Source: Candidatus Woesearchaeota archaeon
Lineage (GTDB): Archaea > Nanobdellota > Nanobdellia > Pacearchaeales > GW2011-AR1
DNA length: 40,949 nt
Direction: 5' to 3'
Assembly: GCA_964544725.1 (NCBI GenBank)
Contig: CAZJDG010000004.1
Span: 1 to 40,949 of the forward strand
Below, one piece after another: positions 33,772 through 40,510 of the stretch. Under the pieces are notes generated by a model. It searched no databases, was not told the DNA's origin, and saw nothing but the letters and a program-made list of their open reading frames with translations. Both the position numbers and the translations under genes were made by a program. Position 1 is the stretch's first letter; the number at the start of each line of letters is the position of its first letter.

Positions 33772-34500
33772 TTATAAAATCGCAACTCCACTTTTTTTAC
33801 TCCTATTTTGTTCTTGCTTTACAAAAATTAATAAATCTCCAAGTTTATTCTCCAGCAACCAAGGAGTGGTGATTCTTGGCGCATAAGGTTTCGAAACAAT
33901 CTTTGGTAGAAACTTAATTATTTTTTCAACCTTCTCTTTTCCGTGCTTCTTAACTAAATTCTCAATTGACTTCCTTTGAGTCTTTATTGCAAATAACCTT
34001 TCCCAGCTCGGATTGACGCTTTTAAACAAATCAATTAAATCATTAACTTCCTTGCCTGTAAGTAAAGATTTATCTTTACTATTATTATTAAGTATTATTG
34101 TATTAGTATTGTTCGTGTGCTTATTTTTAACTGGTCCAGTGTCTTTTTTTAACTGGTCTCCTTCTTTTTTTAACTGGTTAAATTTTTTAACTGGTCTTTC
34201 ATCAATTATCTTTAGAAGACGATATTCACTTACTTTCCCTTGTGTTTTTTTAGACTTGATAAAGTGATATTCTTCCAAAGACTTAATTGCGCCAATAACC
34301 GTAGGTCTGCTCAATCCCAAAAGTTTTGATATTTTTTCAATACTCGGATAAGATTTTTGAGTATTATTATTGGCAAAATAAGCCAATGCTAAATAAACTA
34401 ATTTGGTTGTAGATTGAATGTATGGATGGTCTAACACTAACTTGTTTGCCCAAAACCATCCTCCATTTCTTGCATCTCTTATTTGTATTTTTTCTACCAT
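33772..34500 (-). CDS. HTH replication initiator / replisome-organiser-like protein
   Basis: N-terminal winged-helix pattern (YLALAYFANN...YPSIEKISKLLGLSRPTVIGAIKSLEEYHFI). The central linker is encoded by an AT-rich tract plus four direct DNA repeats. Has its own promoter. Confidence 0.6.
   Translation of the reverse strand: MVEKIQIRDARNGGWFWANKLVLDHPYIQSTTKLVYLALAYFANNNTQKSYPSIEKISKLLGLSRPTVIGAIKSLEEYHFIKSKKTQGKVSEYRLLKIIDERPVKKFNQLKKEGDQLKKDTGPVKNKHTNNTNTIILNNNSKDKSLLTGKEVNDLIDLFKSVNPSWERLFAIKTQRKSIENLVKKHGKEKVEKIIKFLPKIVSKPYAPRITTPWLLENKLGDLLIFVKQEQNRSKKSGVAIL
34124..34196. repeat. Four direct repeats TTTTTAACTGGT(C/T) (iteron-like) inside the initiator gene
   Basis: Copies start at 34124, 34146, 34167 and 34184 (spacing 22, 21 and 17 nt). 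An almost pure A/T tract lies immediately alongside at 34081..34120. Confidence 0.5.
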
Positions 34501-34516
34501 ATATATCTATATATCT

Positions 34517-34544
34517 ATTTTAACTCTGTTAAAATATACGTCAA
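34517..34544 (-). promoter_or_regulatory. Sigma70-type promoter for the initiator gene (TTGACG-16-TAAAAT)
   Basis: Minus strand has TTGACG at 34544..34539 and TAAAAT at 34522..34517, 16 nt before ATG 34500. Confidence 0.55.
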
Positions 34545-34580
34545 TGTGTAAAACTTGTTGATAACTTAATTTTCTAATGA

Positions 34581-34958
34581 TTAGAATTTGTTGAATAGTC
34601 TTTTCAAAAAAGACAAATCCTTAATTTCAGAAATTGTATTTTCTCTAATTGACTGCGTTTCTCTTCTTATTTTTTTCTTCAAAAGAGAATTTGTAATCAC
34701 AATTAATTCTTTAAACAATTCTCTATTATCACTCTTAACAAGATATTTTTTAAGGTTATTATACATATCTTTTATTTCAACAACCAACCATTTTTCTGTT
34801 ATACGAGTCTCTATATCTGTTTCTCTTGGCGTCTCATTCACCTCCATCATTCTAAAATTTTCATTATTCTCTTTGATGAAATTTACAAATGTCTGATTTT
34901 CACCAATCTCTACAATTTCTTTACTAATATTTATTTTTTCAATTTCTATTTTTTCCAT
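34581..34958 (-). CDS. Hypothetical protein
   Basis: 125 aa. Confidence 0.5.
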   Translation of the reverse strand: MEKIEIEKINISKEIVEIGENQTFVNFIKENNENFRMMEVNETPRETDIETRITEKWLVVEIKDMYNNLKKYLVKSDNRELFKELIVITNSLLKKKIRRETQSIRENTISEIKDLSFLKRLFNKF

Positions 34959-34986
34959 AAATTTAATGTTTATTTTAATATACTTA

Positions 34987-35097
34987 GGGACTGATAAGGA
35001 TTTGCACCTTATATGAGCTTCGGCTGTAAGATTAGTTTACCGTTCTCTTATTTTCTGCTTACAGGCAGTTAGCGTCTACCTATTCCGCCACAGTCCC
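34987..35097 (-). ncRNA. tRNA-like element: tRNA-Leu-type acceptor/D arm, near-canonical T arm, aberrant anticodon/variable region
   Basis: Minus strand reads GGGACUG-UG-GCGGAAUAGGUAGACGC ... AUAAGG-UGCAAAU-CCUUAU-CAGUCCC. It has a 7-bp acceptor stem, U8 and G18G19 in place, and a D arm one nt different from the bacterial tRNA-Leu UGGCGGAAUUGGUAGACGC. The T loop is UGCAAAU instead of UUCAAAU. It is 111 nt long with no canonical 5-bp/7-nt anticodon arm. Confidence 0.55.
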
Positions 35098-35126
35098 ATA
35101 AGCCCTACAAAGAAAGGGCTACAATT

Positions 35127-35981
35127 TTAAAAAGGAATTCCATCTACATTAATCTCGTCTTCTTCCAAGCCATCATCACTTTTTTTCTCTCCTTTTTTTT
35201 CTGTTTTCTCTTCTTCTCCTTTATCAGGAATAACTTTATGACCACCCTCGCCATCTTCGTTAATAATAGGAATTCCATCCTTGCTTTCTTCAGATGCTTT
35301 TTTCATTTCTTTAACCCCTGCACTTTCTTCTTTAGTATCTTCTTTAACAAACGAATCTTCTTCTCTCTTGACATTATCAGCAACTTCTGAAACTGCTTTA
35401 GCAATTTCTTCAAGACTTTCTACTTTTTCAACCCTTGCAAATTTCATTTTAAAATAGTCTTTACCTTTGCTTTTTGCCTTATAAGGAGAAATTTCTGTAA
35501 TGAATTCATATGGTCTTCCATCTACTTTAAAACCATTCTGATATTCCCAATAATTCATAAGAGAACTTGGCAAGACTCCCATTTTAGCAATCTTTTTAGT
35601 TCCATCTTCAAGTAGCACTAACACATATGGCAACTGCTTGGTTTTTAAATTGTATTTTGCTTTCAAGTCTTTCCAGGGACCAACATCAATCATTTTTTTT
35701 CTTTTATCTTCTCCTGTTTCATAAAGATTAACAACATCATTTCTATTAGGGACTCCCTCATTTGTGAACATTCCTAAAGTAAATAATTTAAACTTTCCTC
35801 TCTTTAAAAGCACTATTTGAACTTTCTCTCCTAATTCTTTCACTTCACCAAGCTCATTTTTTTCACCTCTCTCTATAAGAGTAAAATTACCTTTCTGTCC
35901 ATTGAATTTTAAATAAGGAGTAATGTAAATAAATCTTTGTTTAAACCCAGACTCCTCATCCATTTTTTTTCTGTCAATCAT
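35127..35981 (-). CDS. Non-canonical SSB-like protein with an acidic tail ending DGIPF
   Basis: The C-terminal ~80 aa are E/K/D-rich and the last residues, EEDEINVDGIPF, mimic the bacterial SSB tip (DDDIPF). The body does not look like a classical OB-fold SSB by eye. Confidence 0.5.
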   Translation of the reverse strand: MIDRKKMDEESGFKQRFIYITPYLKFNGQKGNFTLIERGEKNELGEVKELGEKVQIVLLKRGKFKLFTLGMFTNEGVPNRNDVVNLYETGEDKRKKMIDVGPWKDLKAKYNLKTKQLPYVLVLLEDGTKKIAKMGVLPSSLMNYWEYQNGFKVDGRPYEFITEISPYKAKSKGKDYFKMKFARVEKVESLEEIAKAVSEVADNVKREEDSFVKEDTKEESAGVKEMKKASEESKDGIPIINEDGEGGHKVIPDKGEEEKTEKKGEKKSDDGLEEDEINVDGIPF

Positions 35982-36001
35982 ATTTTAATTTAATTTTTAA
36001 A

Positions 36002-36250
36002 TTAATTAATTCGACTTTTAACTACATTCTTTTGACAATAAGAACAAATAGTAGCTTCCTTCGAAATCAATTCTCTACAAAACTCACAAGGCACTCCACC
36101 TTTTTTACAAAGAAGATAATAAAGAATAGCCAAAAATCCAAACAAGCAACCCATTAAAAAAGCCCACCATTTATCTTTCTCTTTTTTTTCTGCTAAAGAA
36201 TAACATATTGCCGCTTCAACAATCCAAACGAATATAAATACTATCCACAT
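36002..36250 (-). CDS. Two-TM membrane protein with a C-terminal zinc ribbon
   Basis: CEFC...CSYC after two hydrophobic helices. Confidence 0.5.
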   Translation of the reverse strand: MWIVFIFVWIVEAAICYSLAEKKEKDKWWAFLMGCLFGFLAILYYLLCKKGGVPCEFCRELISKEATICSYCQKNVVKSRIN

Positions 36251-36262
36251 AATTTTTGATTT

Positions 36263-36760
36263 TTAATTATTATTTACTTCAACCTTTTTTTGATAATCAC
36301 ACAACGAACAATCATAACCTGCTATCTTTTCCTTTTTAAGTTTTTCTTTGCCTTTACTATTAACAAATCCTGAAACTACTATTTCCAATGAGCCCTCTCC
36401 TTTACACTCAGGGCAATCAGCAAATTTAACTTTTAAATAATGATTGCCCTTATCTATCATTCTTTTTAGTCCTTTCCCATCAACTACTATCATTCCTTCT
36501 CTTATATTAATTTTGTTCGCTCTTTTATCTATTATCTCGTTTAGATAACAAATTAATACTTCTAATTCAGCTTCATCAAGATTAACAGCAATCGCCTTTG
36601 CAACTTTTTCTAAACAGAGTCCAGGATGATTTCTACTTTCACGAATAGAACTTGTAATATCCATTTCAATCATAGCCGTTTCGACTTCAATCTCTTTTTC
36701 TCTTATGTTATTCTTTTTTGCCAGTGTGTTCATAAATCTTTTCAAGAGCTTCGCTGACAT
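36263..36760 (-). CDS. Protein with a DnaJ-type CxxCxGxG zinc finger
   Basis: CPECKGEG ... CSLC. Confidence 0.5.
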   Translation of the reverse strand: MSAKLLKRFMNTLAKKNNIREKEIEVETAMIEMDITSSIRESRNHPGLCLEKVAKAIAVNLDEAELEVLICYLNEIIDKRANKINIREGMIVVDGKGLKRMIDKGNHYLKVKFADCPECKGEGSLEIVVSGFVNSKGKEKLKKEKIAGYDCSLCDYQKKVEVNNN

Positions 36761-36953
36761 TTAAGTCTGCTTCAACGTTGCCAGGAGCAAACCTATCTAT
36801 CATCTTACTTGCTTGTTCAAGGCTTAATTCTCTTAAACTATTAATCTTATGAAACAATCTCAAATATAATCTTTTATTTTCTTTGAAATGTTCATCTAAT
36901 AAAGTATCAAGATATTTGCGTTGTCTTGATGTAATTTTTCTTTTTTCTAACAT
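36708..36953 (-). CDS. Hypothetical protein
   Basis: 81 aa; overlaps the downstream ORF by 53 nt. Confidence 0.45.
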   Translation of the reverse strand: MLEKRKITSRQRKYLDTLLDEHFKENKRLYLRLFHKINSLRELSLEQASKMIDRFAPGNVEADLNVSEALEKIYEHTGKKE

Positions 36954-36955
36954 TC

Positions 36956-37960
36956 TTATTTCTTTAATCCTCCCTTAATTTTCTCTATATCAAACCCATA
37001 CTCTTTCATCTGAACCATTTTCTCTTCATTGTTCTTAGTCATCTCCTTGTTTTCTTTTACCCTACCTAATACTCTATTCCAACTCTCAACAATAGGTTTA
37101 TATTTATCAGTATAATCTCTTGGTTTCTCAAATCCATACAGCTTAGTCAAATAAGCAGAATATTCAATCTTCCAATTCTTAGCAAATTTTCCTTCCTCCT
37201 CATCAAAAACAATGAATTTCTCCAATGGAGGTAAATTGCCTTCTCGATGATATTTCGTTAAAAGCTCAATGTCTTTTTTATATTCATCTTCTACAAAAGA
37301 AGGATTCATAACAATCAATTCTGTCATACGACAATCATCTTTACAGATATAAACTAACGCTCCCATCTCCATATTTTTTGCTTTGAGATAATGAAACAAC
37401 TGTTTTCTGTGATTTACAAGAGGCAGTCCTGTTTTCTCCATCTTATCAAACATAAAAGAAGAAGTGCTTTTTATTTCCAATATCCTGCTTTTGAGTCCAT
37501 TAGGATATTTTTCTTTTAAATGTCTAACAATCTTTTTTCCTGCCTTAATAAAAATTTCAGGCAATCCCATTTCTACCAAACCTTTTTCAGCTTCTTCATA
37601 GTTTGGCATTCCTCCAGCTAAATAATCTAATCTTCCGGTAACTGCCAATAAACCATCATATTGAAACTTAATCCAATCTTGCTGACTTTGAAGTATTCCG
37701 GCTCTTTTAAGAATAATTCCAACTAACCATTCCCAAATATCACCTGCTACGAATTTTCTTCTTGAACGAGCATTTGGAGGATTCGTTGGTTCTTCCCCTC
37801 TCATTTTAAGTAAAATATCAATTGGAGATTTTCCTAATTCTGAGGCCCAAAGATGGTCTCGTTTTTCATATTTTCTATCTTTCTTTTCTTCAAGAATCTC
37901 ATTCCAAACCAGAGCAAGTCCCCATCGATGTTCAGACATTTTTTTTGTTTTTTCTTCCAT
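36956..37960 (-). CDS. PD-(D/E)XK family nuclease (recombination exonuclease-like)
   Basis: GRLDYL (Asp) followed by RILEIKS (E-x-K) at the spacing typical of RecB/Cas4/lambda-Exo-type nucleases. Confidence 0.55.
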   Translation of the reverse strand: MEEKTKKMSEHRWGLALVWNEILEEKKDRKYEKRDHLWASELGKSPIDILLKMRGEEPTNPPNARSRRKFVAGDIWEWLVGIILKRAGILQSQQDWIKFQYDGLLAVTGRLDYLAGGMPNYEEAEKGLVEMGLPEIFIKAGKKIVRHLKEKYPNGLKSRILEIKSTSSFMFDKMEKTGLPLVNHRKQLFHYLKAKNMEMGALVYICKDDCRMTELIVMNPSFVEDEYKKDIELLTKYHREGNLPPLEKFIVFDEEEGKFAKNWKIEYSAYLTKLYGFEKPRDYTDKYKPIVESWNRVLGRVKENKEMTKNNEEKMVQMKEYGFDIEKIKGGLKK

Positions 37961-38041
37961 ACTTTAAGTTAAACTTAATTTTATTATGTTATTTTATCGC
38001 TTTAATTCAACGTTTAAGCGATTTTAGAACGAAAGACGATT

Positions 38042-38287
38042 TTACTTCAGATTGCTCTTCATTAGCTCTAATGCTTCAATAATCATTTCTGCCCTTTCGG
38101 CTCTATTTTTGTAAAAAACTAAATCACTTTCTCTTTCTTCCCTTAGTTTCTTAACCGGTTCTTCTTCTCCAACAAGATGCGCAACTTCTATTTTTGCCTT
38201 CTCAACTCCATCTACATACATTTTCTTATCTCGTTCTAAGTCTTCGATTGTTTCATTAATTCTTTTTATTTTTTCTTGATTATCCAT
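38042..38287 (-). CDS. Coiled-coil hypothetical protein
   Basis: 81 aa; first gene after promoter 38329..38358. Confidence 0.5.
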   Translation of the reverse strand: MDNQEKIKRINETIEDLERDKKMYVDGVEKAKIEVAHLVGEEEPVKKLREERESDLVFYKNRAERAEMIIEALELMKSNLK

Positions 38288-38328
38288 TTTATTTTATGTT
38301 TTACTTTTTAATTATTCGACTTTTACTT

Positions 38329-38358
38329 ATTTTAACATTGTTAAAAGAGCTATGTCAA
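38329..38358 (-). promoter_or_regulatory. Sigma70-type promoter with extended -10 (TTGACA-18-TAAAAT, TGT upstream)
   Basis: Minus strand reads cacTTGACAtagctcttttaacaaTGtTAAAAT. The -35 block (ctatgtcaagtg) and -10 block (tattttaacattgtt) both recur in the 40027..40118 region. Confidence 0.65.
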
Positions 38359-38366
38359 GTGAATAA

Positions 38367-38726
38367 CTAACAAAAAGAACATACAAACATATCTACTGAT
38401 GATATTATAAGCATGACAAGAAAAATAATAATGACTTGTATTGTTGTCTTTAACCTTTTTCTTATTCTTTTTTTCCTTTTGAGGTCTTCAATCGCTTCCC
38501 AATCAACAACACCAGCCATTCTACCTTTCACAAGCAACGTGCTTAACTTGGCATACTCTGACACCTTATTCTCAATAATATCACGAGACACAAGCTGATA
38601 ATAAAGCTGTCGAAGAGTCATTTTATATCCTTCATCTGCATACTCATCAATAATTTTATTGATGTTATGAAGTCGCTCAGTATTTGCCTTATTCAAATGT
38701 AAATTATCTCTGTATGCTATTTTCAT
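38367..38726 (-). CDS. Hypothetical protein, possibly a 3'-truncated remnant
   Basis: The N-terminal 77 aa (MTLRQLYYQLVSRDII...GVVDWEAIED) look like a conserved domain. The remaining 40 aa are a K/R run and a hydrophobic tail that ends in the next promoter. Confidence 0.4.
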   Translation of the reverse strand: MKIAYRDNLHLNKANTERLHNINKIIDEYADEGYKMTLRQLYYQLVSRDIIENKVSEYAKLSTLLVKGRMAGVVDWEAIEDLKRKKRIRKRLKTTIQVIIIFLVMLIISSVDMFVCSFC

Positions 38727-38748
38727 ATTTTTTATTATTTATTAATTG

Positions 38749-39201
38749 TTAATGTAATCCTTCTTTTTCCCAATTTTTTAATTTTCTTTTGAGCAAGATT
38801 TTAACTAAGAGTTCCTTGCACTTATCTGACTGATTGTCAAAGTCTTTTTTTAGATTCCAATACTTAATTATATTTTTTGTTTCTGCCCAAAGATATTCCA
38901 TATTATTAGATAATAATTCAACTTCTCTTTTGCTATCTCTCATATTTATTTTAACTTGTTCTTCTAAAGCCAATAAAACATCGGCAAGACGAATAGGGCG
39001 ACCGAGAATTTCAAGATATTTAGCTTGTGTCAACATTTCATAAGACCATATCTTGCCATCGCCACCTAAATACATATTACCTTTTATTTTTTGCACTATT
39101 CTATGAAGCCTATCTTGATATTTAAATTCACATCCAAACTTCAACTCCATTATTTCAGGATTAGCTTCTTGTATTACTTTTTTTAGTTTTTGTATGTTCA
39201 T
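38749..39201 (-). CDS. Hypothetical protein, paralog B of 26131..26544
   Basis: Shared N-terminus and the GRPIRLADVLLAL motif. Confidence 0.6.
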   Translation of the reverse strand: MNIQKLKKVIQEANPEIMELKFGCEFKYQDRLHRIVQKIKGNMYLGGDGKIWSYEMLTQAKYLEILGRPIRLADVLLALEEQVKINMRDSKREVELLSNNMEYLWAETKNIIKYWNLKKDFDNQSDKCKELLVKILLKRKLKNWEKEGLH

Positions 39202-39203
39202 AG

Positions 39204-39320
39204 TTATTTAGATAGCTTACTTTTAGTTAATTGCATACTACAAGACACACAAAGAAATTTATCTGATTTGATTTTTCTCGGACAATGAACACATTTAACT
39301 TTTTTTGTTTTTTTACCCAT
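39204..39320 (-). CDS. 38-aa zinc-ribbon ORF (MGKK...LSK), not in the track
   Basis: My translation is MGKKTKKVKCVHCPRKIKSDKFLCVSCSMQLTKSKLSK. It is the positional counterpart of 26547..26717. An in-frame ATG also exists at 39344. Confidence 0.4.
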   Translation of the reverse strand: MGKKTKKVKCVHCPRKIKSDKFLCVSCSMQLTKSKLSK

Positions 39321-39383
39321 ATATTGTTTTGTTAATTTTTTCATAATTAAAAGTAATCATATTTTTTTAATAATTCTCTTTTT

Positions 39384-39496
39384 GCTGGACTGGTAAAGTG
39401 TGAAGTATATCTCTACCCCATATTGGTTATGACAGGGGCTTTCACTTTACGACTCTTTTTATTCGCCATTATTCAAAGATTATCATACAGCCCAGC
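39384..39496 (-). ncRNA. Structured intergenic element (nested helices)
   Basis: A 9-bp closing helix GCUGGGCUG/CAGUCCAGC has a G-U wobble on the minus strand (A-C mismatch on plus). Inner helices are GUAAAGUG/CACUUUAC and CCCC/GGGG. GC-richer than its surroundings. Confidence 0.35.
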
Positions 39497-39528
39497 AAGA
39501 AAAGAACTATCAATGATTATCTTCTCAT

Positions 39529-39564
39529 CTTTGAGGACTTACACTACTTAATAAGTCCTCAAAG
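39529..39564 (-). promoter_or_regulatory. Perfect 13-bp hairpin (possible terminator or processing site)
   Basis: ctttgaggactta / taagtcctcaaag with a 10-nt loop, 8 nt after the stop of the 48-aa ORF. No U tract follows. Confidence 0.35.
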
Positions 39565-39571
39565 TCAGTAG

Positions 39572-39718
39572 CTAATCTCTTTTAATCTTCCCTGAAGCAA
39601 TCAAAACTTTCTCATAGTATTTTTTCTTTGCAGTATATTTCTTAATCTGATTCCGTATTCTTTTCAATTTAGAATATTTGTTTTTGAGCAAGTCTATCAC
39701 TCTCAAATATCTTTTCAT
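39572..39718 (-). CDS. 48-aa basic ORF, not in the track
   Basis: Preceded by AAGGTGGA seven nt from the ATG, one of the few clear SD sites here. Followed by a 13-bp perfect hairpin. Confidence 0.4.
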   Translation of the reverse strand: MKRYLRVIDLLKNKYSKLKRIRNQIKKYTAKKKYYEKVLIASGKIKRD

Positions 39719-39798
39719 TCTTATATCCACCTTTACTTCTTTGTTTTTCAACTTGGTTTCAAGAGGAGCAAAGTTAGTAGCTAATCATCAAAGATTAT

Positions 39799-40008
39799 TT
39801 ATTTAACATAAAACTTTGGATTACCATAACCTTCTTTACTATATGATAAATGTCTTTCAATATTAACAATACTTGAGCTTCTTTCTTCCCAACTTAATCT
39901 ATTTAAAATCTTTTTAGCCTCCTTCTTAGCCATCTTTAAATCAGAGGCATTAACCTTTAAACTCCATCTTTTACCATTTTGACGTTTTAAATTGATTTGA
40001 TATTCCAT
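39799..40008 (-). CDS. Hypothetical early protein
   Basis: 69 aa; first ORF downstream of the consensus promoter at 40087..40115. Confidence 0.5.
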   Translation of the reverse strand: MEYQINLKRQNGKRWSLKVNASDLKMAKKEAKKILNRLSWEERSSSIVNIERHLSYSKEGYGNPKFYVK

Positions 40009-40086
40009 CTTTTTTTAAACTTTGATTATTTTAACATTGTTCGACTTTTGAGATAAGAGTTATTAACATCTCATCTTTCTAATTCC

Positions 40087-40115
40087 ATTATAATCCAAAT
40101 AAGACCCTATGTCAA
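40087..40115 (-). promoter_or_regulatory. Consensus sigma70-type promoter (TTGACA-17-TATAAT)
   Basis: Minus strand has TTGACA at 40115..40110 and TATAAT at 40092..40087, directly after the terminator and ~80 nt upstream of ATG 40008. Confidence 0.7.
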
Positions 40116-40127
40116 GTGGATAAAATT

Positions 40128-40157
40128 CAAAACAAAACAGCCCATAAAATGAGCTGT
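40128..40157 (-). terminator. Rho-independent terminator after the holin-like gene
   Basis: Minus strand ACAGCUCAU-UUU-AUGGGCUGU followed by UUUGUUUU. The stem is 9 bp with one G-U. Confidence 0.7.
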
Positions 40158-40249
40158 AAACAATCTATCAATTAGCTTTTATTGGCACAAAACCAACCTG
40201 AGGGCTTAAAAGACCTTATATATATTATGACGAGAAAATTGTAATTATA

Positions 40250-40507
40250 TTACACCTCTTCGTTCTTATTTTCTTGCCATTCTCTCCAAAATTTATCAAT
40301 ACCAAGACCTAAGCCAGTCAATATAGGAATAATAAATGCTTGAACTATCGGTTGGGTAAAAAATCCAAGTAACAATTCAACATTCAAAATAAGACCATTA
40401 ACAAAAGCTCCTAAAAAAGCCAATACCCCACCAACTAATGCTCTTCTTAGTATTCTATGCCAAGGGTTTTCAGAGTTCAAAATTAATAACATTTTTTTGT
40501 TTTCCAT
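40250..40507 (-). CDS. Holin-like membrane protein
   Basis: 85 aa with hydrophobic helices and a charged C-terminus (REWQENKNEEV). Starts 3 nt after the amidase stop and is followed by a terminator. Confidence 0.55.
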   Translation of the reverse strand: MENKKMLLILNSENPWHRILRRALVGGVLAFLGAFVNGLILNVELLLGFFTQPIVQAFIIPILTGLGLGIDKFWREWQENKNEEV

Positions 40508-40510
40508 ACT

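Noticed and set aside
34987-35097. The tRNA-like element as an attP site of a temperate phage
   Set aside because: No integrase, excisionase or repressor-like gene is visible in the window. The element also includes the 5' acceptor/D-arm half, which att cores normally lack. This cannot be excluded without the rest of the genome.
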